From Paragordius varius (taxonomy: Eukaryota; Animalia; Nematomorpha), in NCBI GenBank assembly GCA_964247055.1, contig OZ176052.1:62001-126000 (forward strand): a DNA stretch of 64,000 bases, in the 5' to 3' direction. A program made the position numbers and the translations under genes. How positions within the stretch are numbered: position 1 is the stretch's first letter; every line of letters starts with the position of its first letter. Below are positions 12,801 to 25,910 of this stretch, one piece after another. Below the pieces are notes generated by a model. That model worked only from the letters and a program-made list of their open reading frames with translations, was not told the origin of the DNA and searched no databases.

Positions 12801-12805
12801 TTCAT
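6889..12805 (-). CDS. TRMT5: tRNA (guanine-37-N1)-methyltransferase Trm5; exons 12337-12805, 12171-12272, 8976-9086, 8093-8256, 7363-7846, 6889-7049 (496 aa)
   Basis: Motifs IGSLIHLNL, FQFDFAKVYWNPRLSTEH, DPCAGVGPF, ANDLNP, NLP and VRKVAPFKHMMRISF. All introns are GT-AG with matching phases; CDS is 1491 nt. Confidence 0.92.
8258..8534. mobile_element. MITE family A copy (Tc1/mariner-pogo-like, TA target), left end abutting the TRMT5 exon 4 acceptor
   Basis: Family A: 210-300 bp, long imperfect TIR CAGTAAAAATTGAAATTATACGGACAAAACGTAAAAATATAAAGACAAAT..., flanked by TA. Confidence 0.85.
9350..10250 (-). mobile_element. Decayed non-LTR retrotransposon (CR1/L2-like RT 3' part) in TRMT5 intron 2
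   Basis: Fragments NPNFLRLNSKETQLHFI and LWNAVE resemble LINE RT C-terminal blocks; many stops. Confidence 0.45.
10300..11480 (+). mobile_element. Decayed RTE-like LINE relic in TRMT5 intron 2
   Basis: QAGFKSKR (about 10492), KLIKALVNPIAIYGAESW (about 11107-11160), WCFRK and WKRSIRD occur in the order expected for RTE RT; heavily frameshifted. Confidence 0.7.
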
Positions 12806-13078
12806 GTGGTAGAGCCATGCGTACCGTACTTTAAAGCGTATAATATTTAATAATTAAAATGCATGAAAATTTATGGTTAATAAATCCGCTATATTTCTGA
12901 TAATTATAACAACTGCCTCAATAGCTACTATATCTTGGGTTCATATTAATCAAGAAAACGATTTACAAGTATTTATTCATTTATTTTTTATGTAGAGACT
13001 TAGAGAAGGCGTAAAAAAGCAATTAGAGCACAGAAGAAAGACAAAAAAAACTTCATAAACCACTTTATCAACAATTCA
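12806..13078. promoter_or_regulatory. Probable bidirectional promoter region between TRMT5 and AAMP
   Basis: Divergent start codons separated by 273 bp; no core elements identified. Confidence 0.55.
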
Positions 13079-14892
13079 ATGGAGGAAAGTTTTGGAAGTG
13101 ACGAGGATCAAATGTATGGCGATGAAGAAAACGACGAAGGTGAAACTATTGAATTCGAGAATGACCAAAGATCATTAAGTAGCGAAGATTCATTTGATCA
13201 AAAAATAACTTTGCCAGTTCATGAAAAATCAATCTACTCCATAGACATATGGAATAACTATATTATTACTGGTATTTATTATACATTTTTTATCATATAT
13301 ATTTTCTTTTATAAACATTGTTTCTTAAATTTATAATCAAGGAAGTGAAGATGAAACAGGAGCTCTCAGCGTTTTTCAAAATAATTTTATAAGTCAAAGG
13401 AAAATTATATCTGGTTTTAAAGATTCGGTGATTTTTGCCAAATTTAATTGTAATCATGAACTTTTGGCCTTAGTGGATATGGCAGGCGTTATTAAAATTT
13501 TTACAAATAACCAGATTAAGGAAATGGCAAGTCACACAACAAACTTAAATGCAAATGAATACAATGAAAACTCTTCGATTATAACTACAATCATACCTGA
13601 AACAACTCACGATCTCGAATGTGATGTAGTTTGGGCCATTTGGCACCCCTTGTATTTTTCACTTCTCATAATTGGCAGCGAAACTGGTGAAATATATCTC
13701 CTCAACATTGAACATAAGATAAATGTTAATGAGACGAAGAATTCCAGCTTAGAAATAGATTCCAACACTATTGAAGGGTCAACAAAATGGAAGGTTAGGA
13801 CAAAAATTCTTTCTGACGGAAACGGAATTAAAAGTTGTCAAGGGCTGGTTATTCACAATAATAGCCAAGTGGTTAATCAGAATCCAAATACACTCATTGT
13901 TGGTTATGAGGATGGAACCATAAAGTTGTGGGATATGAAAACCGGTACTTCAACACTTACGCTTCGTTGTATGTCATATGCTGAAAAGAGCAAACAAACA
14001 TATAATTACTTGGCTCATGCCTTTGAAATAACCTCTCTTGGATTATACTTTCATCAACCGTTGCGAACAATGTTAACCAATAAAACAGATGATTCATCGT
14101 CAAAAAACTCTGATCCCATTTTATTCTTGTTGTCTGGTGATTCAAATGGTGCAATCCTTTTACATGAATTAAGTGAAGGTAAAACAATAACTGAGTTCAC
14201 GATCGAGAGTATACAAAATTTTGTAAGGTCGTCTGCCTCACATAACAATACATCACATGATGAAGTGGCCGCAGACGATTTCTCAGTTGAAGCGATAAGT
14301 TTTAATTCGCATCCCAGGTATGGCAACAACACGTTCTTTACGGCTCATTTGAATGGATACTTGGTCATTTGGGATTTCAAGGCACAAACACCTCGATTTG
14401 TCTGCCGAAATGAGGTATAATATTTTACTAGATCTAAAATAGGATTTTTTACTAAGAGGCTTTTTGAACATTGCTAATTATGGCATTTTTATTATCATTT
14501 TTTTTTAAAAAAACTTTTTTCTTTCCAAAAATTACTATATTCTGAAAAAATGTTTGTAAGTGAAGAAGCCGTTGTTTTAAAATTAATACAAAGTTACTAA
14601 CTAATTATAGGAGGGTATTGTAAAGGCACAATGGTTAAGTCATACGCATGAATTTCTTTCTCAACTCATAGTGGCGGCGCATTTAGATGGAAAAATTAGT
14701 ATTTGGAATGCCGTGAATGGTCAATTGTGTTGGAATTCCCAAACGCACCCTGATTCCATATTGGATTTTGCAATATCAGCTGATCTGAGTCATATGTTTT
14801 CTTGCTCTGAAGATGGCTCCGTTTCATTAACAAATTTTACAGAAGTTTTTCCTTTCTTAAATCTTAATAATTCCACCCCTCCTATTACTTAA
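13079..14892 (+). CDS. AAMP: WD40 protein AAMP/Sqt1; exons 13079-13271, 13342-14414, 14611-14892 (515 aa)
   Basis: Acidic N-terminus, ITGSEDE, GFKDSVIFAKFN...DMAG, GYEDGTIKLWD, SILDFAIS. Phases consistent; CDS is 1548 nt. Confidence 0.85.
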
Positions 14893-15247
14893 TAATACAA
14901 ATGATTTATATAATAAATGTTTCTTTATATATGATTAAAATCTAACCGCTAAGTCTTTAAGTAATCAAGTTTGGGTCTCGCTAAATAGTTTATTTTGACT
15001 AAATTTTAAAGACCATTATTGCCAAAATATATCATTGCAAAAAGTTTCTCGGTAATCAAGTCCGTGATTTTACAAATATAAACTTTTAATGAAACTGAAG
15101 TTGGTTAATGATCAGGCACATATCCTTTTTTATTTATGCGCATTAACAATCATAGTTATTCTTTTTGATTGTTGTTTTAAAACGACAACAGTTATTTAAA
15201 AAAGTAACGATAATAAAATTGATGGCATTAGATTAAATATTAATAAT

Positions 15248-18020
15248 ATGCTGTTTAATATGTTGCTAAAATCACTTTGGAAATTTTGGGCAAAATCCAT
15301 CTTTATCATTCTATTCCTGACATTTATCATCAAATTTGAACGTGTATGGGCGATTAAATGCTATACGTGTGGAACTTCTGAACGTAATATTTTATGTACA
15401 TTTACGGTTGAATCATTGCTAATTAAATTTTAAAACAATTATCATTTATTAAAAGCTAAATTTTTCATTAAAACACTCATAAGCTTAAAATAGGTGCTAT
15501 TTTGAAATAGATGTGTTGCTTTAGATCAGGGGTGTTTTACATGCCGACCTCTAAAACATTTCTTCAACCGATAGGATTTTAATTACAAAATTTAAGTAAA
15601 ATTGATATTATTAAATCATTATCTCAACAAGTCTTTTCGAATTTCAGAAATGATTGTTATAATATAATTTTTATAGTCCTATATAATTTGTCAATGTCCG
15701 TATATTTTGCGAATGCGGCCCGCCAAGTCATTTGTGTTGGAAACTCCTGGGTTAGTTGATAAAAACTTGTCTTTAATAGAAAAAATATTATAAAAAAATG
15801 GAAAAAATATAAAATTAGTCATTAGACCTCATAATTGAATTAACTGTTCAACAAACAAATGGTATTTTAATAAAATATGAATATTGTCTTAATGAAAAGA
15901 GTGCCGAAATTAATTATATTTCAAAAAAAGTTCAGGATAAATTCAAAATTATTATAAAATTAGATTCGTCAAGTAATTATCTAGGTCAAAATGAAACTAA
16001 TATATTTATCTATAAGACCTCTTTCAAATAAAATACAGGTGGCATTTTTTAGCGGACGATTTTTGTAAATTGACACATTTTTAATGCTTTTATTTAAAAA
16101 TGGGTCGTGTTTTGCAAACATTTTAGCTCATTAAGGGTTATTAAATTGATTACAACCGTATTTTTATTGCATCTACCCGCCAAATATTTGTTTTAGAAAT
16201 ACATAAAAATTGTTATACAGTCAAAATATAAAGACAAAATCCGTATAATTTTAATTTTTACTGTATTTTTCTATGGTTATCTGTTTCATACACAGAGAGA
16301 TAGAGAAATTACAAAATATTTTCAATAGTAAATCCAAGATTTTTAAGTGATTTCATAAATTAAAATTGGTTAATTAACACAATTTAAAATAAGAAATTAA
16401 AAAGATATATATTAAAATTATATTTCAAAATAAATTTACTATTTATTCTGATTCTGTTAGTGTCTAGTCATTGTAGTGATCCCTTCAAACGCCGTGCCAA
16501 AATTATTGAAGGTAAAACACATTTTGTTAACTCAAAAACTTTTTCAACCACTTTTTATATTATAACATAAACAGTCATCTTTCAATTAAAAAACGATGTG
16601 GTTTTGGATTTAAAATTTATTTTTACAGCATGAGAATGTTTTTTTTAAATAAAAATAATTTATAAAAACATTTTTAAAGTTTTAATATATATTACATTAA
16701 AAATTGAAATTATACGGACAAAACGTAAAAATATAAAAGGAAATATTTTTATTTAAAAGACAACCATACTTTTTTAGACCTAAATTCTTACTACATAGTT
16801 ATTTAATTACAATTAAAATATAAAATTGATTGTTAAATATACTTATTTCACACTTTGATATAAATTATATTTAAATAACTCAAGATATAAAAAGTATGGT
16901 TGTCTCATAGAAAAAGGTAATTATTTTTTGTCCATATAATTTCAATTACTGTAATTTTAACATTTAATATTTTAATTTTCTCAAATTAGATACTAATGGT
17001 TTATGTTACAAGTTTTCAGATCCTACCATTAATATGGTCGTTCGTGGATTAGCCATAGTATATTATATTTTTTGAGTTTGATTTCAATAACATCGGTCAT
17101 ACATTGTTAATTAATATTTATTTAAATTATGAAAAAATAAGGCAAAGCGCTTTTCTGGATTTTGACTTTTAAATATTATAATATGTTCTATTATTGAATA
17201 TTTCAGTATTTTAATAAATTTGAGGGAGAATAAAAGCCGAAACTATATACTTTTTGAACCGTTTTGCCAAAACTTTTAATTTAACATCATTAAAACACCG
17301 GAATCCCAAGGTTTCAATAATCGTTTTTATTTTTAAAATGTTAAACTTGTGTGTTAATCTTGTTTTTTAATCTTGATTTCTATTTCATATCATAAAGGTG
17401 TCTAATATTTTGCTATCAATGAAAAAATAAAACTTAGTCTTAACTCTTTTACCAATAACAAGAAAACTGGAATCAACCTTTGTGGCATTTTATTATAATT
17501 TACAGTAAGATTTGAAATTATACGGAAAAAATGTAAAAATATAAAGACAAATTTTTCAAAAGACAACCATACTTTTTTAAACCTTGTTTATCTCGAAAAA
17601 ACATTTAATAACAATCGTAAAATACGGAATTGATTGTGTTACTAATTTACTTTCTATCCTATACTAGTTTAAAAATGAGTTTTTTTTAAAAAACAAGATT
17701 AAAAAGGTATGCTTTGTAAAAAAAATATTTGTTTTTATATTTTCTCGTTTCGTACGTGTAATTCCCATTTCGACTGTAATAATATTTTTTTAGAGCAAGG
17801 GTAGACCTTGACCTGTCTTTAATAACTTACAAATCTTTGATAAAAATATGCTAATTTGCAGAATTGTATAAATGACTCAATGCTAGAATGTTGTTACAAA
17901 GATTTATGCAATTCCTCTCCCTTTTCTTTGTGGGGAAAATTGAATTCAGCTTTCCTTATTCGTTGGTTGAGTGCCATAATCCTTATAATAAATAATCATC
18001 AAAATGTAATAGTTTTGTAA
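15248..18020 (+). CDS. Ly6/uPAR three-finger protein with signal peptide and GPI-type tail; exons 15248-15383, 16461-16511, 16990-17057, 17862-18020 (137 aa)
   Basis: Hydrophobic leader then AIKCYTC, HCSDPF, LCYK, VVRG, CCYKDLCN and a hydrophobic C-terminus. GT-AG phases 1,1,0 give a 414-nt CDS. Confidence 0.78.
15527..15749. mobile_element. hAT-type MITE in Ly6 intron 1
   Basis: Ends CAGGGGTGTTTTAC and reverse-complement CAGGAGTTTCCAAC resemble the TIR at 6620. Flanks CTTTAGAT / GGTTAGTT share the central TTAG. Confidence 0.65.
16218..16263. mobile_element. MITE family A, internally deleted mini copy
   Basis: Both TIR ends fused over about 46 bp. Confidence 0.6.
16695..16951. mobile_element. 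MITE family A copy (Ly6 intron 2)
   Basis: Family A TIRs at both ends. Confidence 0.8.
17503..17776. mobile_element. MITE family A copy (Ly6 intron 3)
   Basis: Family A TIRs, TA flanks. Confidence 0.8.
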
Positions 18021-19084
18021 ATTTGATCACTCATAAAATAAATAGAAAATTGTTAAAAATCATTATATTCCTGAAATAACTGATAAATAGGGACATGCTT
18101 AAAAATGATATTGGGTTGTTTCAATGTATACACTAAGTATTTATGACCTTAACAAGAACTATTTGCACTTGAAAAGCTTTAGAACCAAAAAAAGACCGAA
18201 AATAATTAAATTATTTTAGTATTATTGTTATTTATAGAGATTTTGTGAATCTTTTAATAGTATCCTACATATTTTTAATAACTCCGCATTGTATCAAAAT
18301 AATTGGCATATTTATAACACTGCATAACTTGTTCACTTATTTGTCCGCGATATTGGGCTAGTTTAGGTAAATTAAAAACATAGTTCTCCTCTATTAGATA
18401 AAAAATTCCATATTTTTTCCAAAAGCTCCAAAATATTATTGAACTAAAGAACTGATTTTAAAATCAATATATATCGAGTTTTGACTCGTAAAATGCAACC
18501 TTAAAGTTAATTAAAGCATTCACATTTTCTAACCATAATATACATTAATTGCCTATTTAGCGATTTAAAAAAATTAAAAGAAATGGCGGCAAAAAGTTTG
18601 AGATAAGTTTACATTTTTTTAAAGAAAATATTTTGCATTATGCGCCGAAAAGGCTAAAGGAATATTTTTAATCGGCTTACCTTAAATAATTTTTAAGATA
18701 CTCAAATTTAATATCGCGCTAGTATATAAAATTACCATAAAAAGGTCAGAAGTCTTTATTATTAAAAAGAAATATTAATAAAACTGTTTGATGTTGAAAC
18801 TAGAAAAAATTAGCGAAAAAATGCCTTAACACTGCGTCCTAGGGGGTAATATAAGCGGATGAAATTTATATCTGATAAGAAAATATATTTATCATGGTCC
18901 TTTTGGTTTTGCACTTACAAGTGATGTAAGATAGTTATTTACACTTTTGCGGTAAGTCATATCAGAAAATAAATTTGCACATTTATTTAATAACTATTTA
19001 ATGAAAGCTAAATGCTTCATTCCGAAAAAATATCACTAAAATATAACAAACTACCTATAAAAAGCAAAACAATATTTCTATATT

Positions 19085-19710
19085 ATTTCAAATTTTAAAT
19101 GTGGGCTCAAAAAGTTTTAAATTTTTTGTCCTTCTGAAATGGGCTAGATTTTAAAAAACAAACGCAAAAGTACCGGAATCGGGTCAAAATTTAAATATAT
19201 GCTAATTGTGCATACATTTTACAAAAAATTAATTTAAACAAAATTTTGAAGCGTACTTCATACTATTAATAGGCATGATGAAAACGGTATAAAAAGGTTT
19301 TTAGACATTATTTTTCTATATAATTGGATAATGCTGAATATTTCCACTTCAGAATAATTAAAAGATTCGCTGACTATCAAATTTCTCTGAAATTTAAAAC
19401 AACAAAATTTATTTTTACCATAAAACTGAGGATTGTCAGTAATTTTATCAATATTTGATGTAATCAGTATCATCGTATTTCATCATTGTCTCAACCCGTT
19501 GTTATACCATTTCCATCATGCCTTAAAATAGTATGAAGTACACTTCAACCAAAATTTTGCTAAAAATTAGATTTTTGAAAAAGGCAAGCTTTTTTATGCA
19601 TATTTCATCGCGGAATCTCGGTGTTTTTGCACTTATTTTTATAAAACTAGCCTATTTTAAAAGAGGAAGAAATTTGGACCTCTCGGAACCCACATCTATA
19701 AATTATTTTT
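19085..19710. repeat. Long degenerate inverted repeat (old MITE/foldback)
   Basis: gaagcgtacttcatactatt...aggcatgatgaaaacggtataa (about 19248-19295) pairs with ttataccatttccatcatgcct...aatagtatgaagtacacttc (about 19503-19552); weaker pairing extends outward. Confidence 0.65.
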
Positions 19711-20129
19711 TGAAAATACATTAATTAAATTATTCCGTTTTTGATATTTTTATATGCCAAAATTAGGTTTTGGCCAATATTTAATACATATTTTCACATC
19801 CTTATAATTGATATCAGTATGCAAAAAACTTAAAAAATAAAAAGTTAGACACTAACATAATGATTTTATAAGATAAGCACTATAGAAATTAGCTACTCAA
19901 AACCAGCAAGCAGTTTTAAATAAATATTTTACTATTTATTTTTTTGCAAAGAGTTTTTCATGTGAAAATAATTACATATGACATTCATACGGTACCTTAT
20001 TGATTTTTTGAAGCGTTAAATTTTTTGGAAAAGTTTTTTGATGATCTGGTTAGCTCATTTAATAAATTGGTTCTCTTAATATTCCATTCGCTGTTATATC
20101 AAACATGAAATCAACATTCTAACCGTAAA

Positions 20130-23100
20130 ATGAACGAAGAACTCGTAACAGGACATTATTTTGCAAAGAAATCCTTTCATAAACCCACGTATTGTCAAAA
20201 CTGTGGAGAAATGTTATGGGGTTTGATAGGGCAGGGTTACAGTTGTGAAGGTATAATATTTAAATTCTTTTGAAACTCTACTTTACCATAAAAATTAATT
20301 TTTAGCTCTTTTAATGGTATTTTATTTAATATTGAATTTCTTTTTTCACAAAGTACAACCATCTTAGAAAAGTCCCATGGGATTTAAAAGCAATTTATTT
20401 GCAGTGCCTTTTTTTATTTATATCTATATTTATATTATTACTGTTTTTATAAAATGAATATTATTAATTGCGAATTGGAATTGGTAACTAAGAGTTTTTA
20501 TAAATAAAAAAATATGAAAGGGGGGGCATTTTTAAAATAAACCAATAGTTGTTGTTGAAAGATTTTTGAGACAATAAAATTAATTTTAACGGATATTTTA
20601 CTAAAACTAATTGATTGTTTTTAGACATTTTATGTGCAATCTTTGTAAAATTTAAAGGGATTTTTAAATTTTTTAAAAAGATTTGAAATCTCCATGTAAT
20701 ATAACCTTTTAAAATAGATTATGAAATTCTTTTTGGCTAAAATATAGGGTTAAACATATATTTATAAAATGTAATCAAGATTATATATTACTTCTCAATG
20801 AATATTCATCGTTTGATTAATTATTATATGGTTTTAATTAAAATTTAATGAAGATGTTTTTGTTTTACGAGGAAAATATATATATATATATATATATAAT
20901 ATGTATAAAGCTGGTTTCAATTTCATCGAATAGATTATAATTAATTGTTTTTTTTCGTGTAACACACAATTATATCTACAATTATCATTTGTTTTTAATT
21001 ATTACACAATGTTTTAATTGGTTTTTTGAAATATATTTTTTAATGCATCCAATGTGGGGTTGAATCTCACCGGTTATTTGAGACTGAGGTTAGGGCTTTT
21101 TAGCATAGTCAATCTTTTTAAACATACGTTTTGAATAAAATTTTATATAGATTATTAGTTATTATTATTGTAAATTTAATTTTTTATCAAATTACAATGG
21201 TTAACTTTGTTTTATGTGGTTAAGTTAATCGGCTTATATTTTCCATTGATTTTTAGTAATAAACTATAATGGTTATATTCATATGACCGGTCAAAAATTA
21301 ACCCTAATGAATGAAAAATGTACGAAAAAATCTTCAAAAATAAGAATTTTTACCCAAAGATTAACAATTATTGAAATGTTATTTGAAAATTTAAGATCAA
21401 ATTTATCCAAATTTCAATCAATTCCTCCCATTAGACTTTGAAAAATTGCAAGTTAAATATTGTAAAAATGATTTTTTTATAAACCATTGAGTTAAATGAT
21501 CAAAAGAAGTTTCAGATGCATGTAAAAGTTAATCTTTTTGTGTGTTGTTAATTATTACAAGACTGTAGTGCTTGTAAGTCGCCTTATTATTAGAATTATA
21601 TAATCGAGGAGAAAAAGAGAGAGTTTAGTGTAAATATGGAAAAAATCGATATATATATATATATATATTTATACTTTTTTTGGACATTTATGCAATTATA
21701 TTTTGTTTTTTTAGTATGCAATTTTGTGGTTCATGATAGATGCCTAAAGGCTGTGGTGACACCCTGCTTAACATTAGCCAATTCCTTAGTTAAGGTATAT
21801 TATTATTACAGTAAAAATTGAAAAAAATTATATACTATGGACGGACAAAACGTAAAAATATAATGACAAATATTTTTTTCAAAAGACTTTTGAAAGTTAA
21901 TTTTTTAGATTTAACGCATTGTTTTAAACTACAATGTATAAGAAATGTATATTGGTAACACAATCACTAATATATATTTACAATTGTAATTAAATAATGC
22001 ATTTGAGGAAAAATTAAGTAAAAAGTATGGGGTTATCTTTCGAAAAAAAGTATGGTTGTCTTTATATTTTTACGTTTTGTCCGTATATTTTTCGCAATTT
22101 TTACTGTAGTTTTTTAACATATATCTCAAATGTTTAATGGAAAGTGAAGTTTTAAAATGGGATTTTTGAAGCATTTTTTTCAAAAATGAAAATTATAATG
22201 TAGAAATTTAAAGTTAAATTTGAGATTTTAACAAAAGACACGTTTTTTTGTCCTTTACTTTAATAAAGTAAATAAACACCATAACTAATAATAGCAATAA
22301 AATAATAATAATAAAATCAATAATTTTTAAACCAATACTAATATGTATAGCATAGTATATGACATTTGTTTAAATACTCTGTTATTTCAAATTAGGGAGG
22401 ATTTTTAAAGTATGATGGTGATTTTTTAGTAGGCCATTCGATTATATTGGAAAAAAAATATTGACATATTAAAAATTTCTTTAAAAGCCATTTAAATTAT
22501 TAAGATTTGGGTTGCATTTTACCATACACCTTTTTTAAGATAAATGGAACACTAATGTGATAGTATAAAAAATTGTCATAAAAATTGAATTGAAAAAGTT
22601 ATAAAATTGTAAAAAGATCTTTTAGAATCTTTTGTTAATTTTCTTTGATTAGCATTTTTATAAAATACTTACCCAAAAATTGATTATTTTGAACTGTGTA
22701 ACTGCTTTTCAGAACAGTTAGACTGATTTTATATATTTTTTGACAATCAATGACAAAACCAATCTAAATTCTTATATTTGTGTTAGGTTCCTGTGTCTCA
22801 TAGCTGGACTGATGCTGGTCATTATAAACGAAAATTTTGCAATGTTTGTCGCAAAAGACTCGATGATAGTTGGGCCGTTCGGTGTGAAAGTAAGACATTC
22901 ATTATAATACTTTGATTGCAAATTTTAAGATCTAATTGAAATTTTTTTACTGTTATAAGAAATGGATTCCAAAAAATGTATACTTTTATAAAATTATTTT
23001 TGGAAAATAAAATATCTTATTTATAAATATCGTTTTATAATAATTATTAATAATATATCAAAATATTTAATCTGTATTTATACCTTTTTACTATGAATGT

Positions 23101-25855
23101 ATACTGTTCAGACGTTTGAAATATATATACCATTTACAGTTCAAATTCACTTTTAAACAATTCAAATTAGTTTTAAAAATAAATTAAGTGTTTTTAAACT
23201 AATAATACTTATTAATATGAAACATATATCTTTATAGTTTAATTTTTATTATTATTTTTTCAGTATTATATTAATTTTAAACGAAATTTTATTTTAAAAA
23301 TATAGGTAATTATTAATCTTAAGAACCATATAATTTATTTGAGGGTGAATTTAAATTGTTCGAGGGTGAATTGAATTGTAAATGGTATATATTTTTATTT
23401 AATCTGCAGTCTGTGATTATTATGCACATTTGGATTGCCAAGATTTCGCCGTTTGTGATTGTCGCGATTGTGCCATCTTTACGCCATTCCTCGTGGACGA
23501 CCAAGTAGGCACACATTTTATTTAGAAATTAAAAATCCATAAAATTCCGAGATTTATAATATGAAAAATGACATTTAATTGCTATAAAAATTATTGAGAT
23601 TGCTTAGGCAATCGTTTTTTTAATTTTATAATTTCCATTTGATAAAATCTATTTTGACAAAAAAAGTGATTCGTTATCTAATTGCTCATGTGATTATATC
23701 CGAATTGAAATTACCTAATAATCTATTATATCCAACTATTAAATTTATACTTATATCTAGGGTTGTGATGACCTGGTCATGGATGACTATTAATTTATTG
23801 ACCATGGTCATAGAAAAAAAAATTTTTAAAAAATTGTTGGTAAAATTTTTTTGGAACAGAGATAGTAAGTTTTTATTGCTTTTTAATATACTTTTTGAAA
23901 ATATAAATTAAATATTTAAATATGTTTATTTAACAATATAAAATTGTTTAACATGCATCCTTATAACATTAGCATTTAGCATATTCAGTTATTTTGAAAA
24001 ACTATCAAGCATTTTACAAAATATGCGATTATTCTATATATATGAACCAATAAAATGTAAAAACATTTTATAATTGGATATTTCAATGATGAAAGAAAGT
24101 GTAAAACAAACTAAGTAAAATTTTATTTGAAATATCCAGATTTAAAAGCTATAAATTTGAAGATTCAGAAGGCCACAAGAATGTGGCCAAAATTATTTCA
24201 CAACAAAATTTTTAATTAAATTTGATTGAAAATATTGTAAATATAAAAAAATGTATAATATAAACTTTAAGGGAAAATAAACATTATTAGTGAAACGCAA
24301 GTATCGTTCGAATATTATTTTGATCCAATATCGCATATATTATTTAAGTAAAAAGTGGTCATGACCATGGTCTGACTGGGTCTGACCGGACTTTTTTGAA
24401 AAAGCAGTCAAATGCACAACCCTACTTATACCTCCTATTTGATTTATTTTTTATTTTAATATAAAAGTTTGTAGACCTTTTTTTTACTTTTAATAATACA
24501 TGTTTGATCTTAGAATAGCGGAATTGTTCAAAATGAAAGACCCCACCATTGGAAGGAAGGCAATCTGCCTTCCAATTCGAAATGCGCCATCTGTAAAAAA
24601 ACTTGTTGGTCCTCTGAATGCTTAACTGGGATCCGCTGTGATTGGTGTGGAATAACTGTAATATATGTATTACACTTTTTAACCGATAAAATAGATGGCT
24701 TATTACACATAATATATAGTTAAACTAAAATTATACGGACAAAATGTAAAAATATAAAGACAAAATTTTTTTTCAAAAGACAACCATTCTATTTTAAACC
24801 TTAATTTATCATATAAAAAACATTTAATTACACCCGTAAAATACATAATTGATTGTGTTACCAATTTTTTCTATATATTTTGTAGTTTAAAACAATGAGT
24901 TATATTTAAAAAAATCAAGATTAAAAAATTATATTAAAAATGTATGGCGCTGTCTTTTAGAAAAAATAGTCTTTAATTTTCACGTTTTGTCGGTATAATT
25001 TCATTTTTTTAACGTAAGTAATTATATTATGTGGTTACCTTTAAATTGTTATTGCACATATGATTTTACGCTTGTTAATATTCATTAGCACAGTTTTATT
25101 AGTTTTTCAAATAAAATATCGATAATCATCTGTTAACGTTGATATAAAAAAGGACTTTGTTAAAAAAATACTTTACATTTTATGAGACTTTCTGAGATTA
25201 AATCTATTTATTATCTATAATAACTTCAAGCAGAAAACGGAGTGAAATTTTAAAAATATTATGTTTTTAATAAAAAAAACTTATCATTTTATTTTTACTT
25301 GCTTATAGGCTCATGCCACTTGTGCCAATAAACGCGGGAGAAACAACAACAGCAGTGTGGCAGCTGGAAAGAATTGTGATTTGGGTAATTTTGCCCCCAT
25401 TATGCTTCCACCCGAAGCTGTCTCTCTCCCTCGGACTCACAACATTCCCAAAGAAATACTTTTGGGGCTCAACAATACCCGAACTGTCATATCTCTAAGT
25501 ACTAAATTGTTCTAGTTTTAAGGAATTTGATAAGATACGTTGTAAAAATATAATTATAAAGATAAAAAATCTTTAATTAGTTATTTCATTATAGATCATT
25601 AAGCTTGTTAAATAAAAGACTCTTTGAGGCGTTTAACTACCCTAAATTTAACTACCCTAAATAATAATTGGTTTAAAATATATGGATAACTTATATCCAT
25701 ATTTTACGCCTTATCTCTAAATAAAGATTTATGAATCTTTAAATTTGTAAAAAAATTGCACATATTTTGAAATCCTTATAAAAGTTAATTTGTGTAAATA
25801 CCCTTTCTTATACAATAAGTTTAAGGTCATTGATAACAATTGGAAATTATTCTTA

Positions 25856-25910
<55 letters not shown>

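Noticed and set aside
17397-17440. Possible extra Ly6 exon supplying the RGC cysteine
   Set aside because: All three frames stop within about 36 nt and no usable donor precedes the stops.
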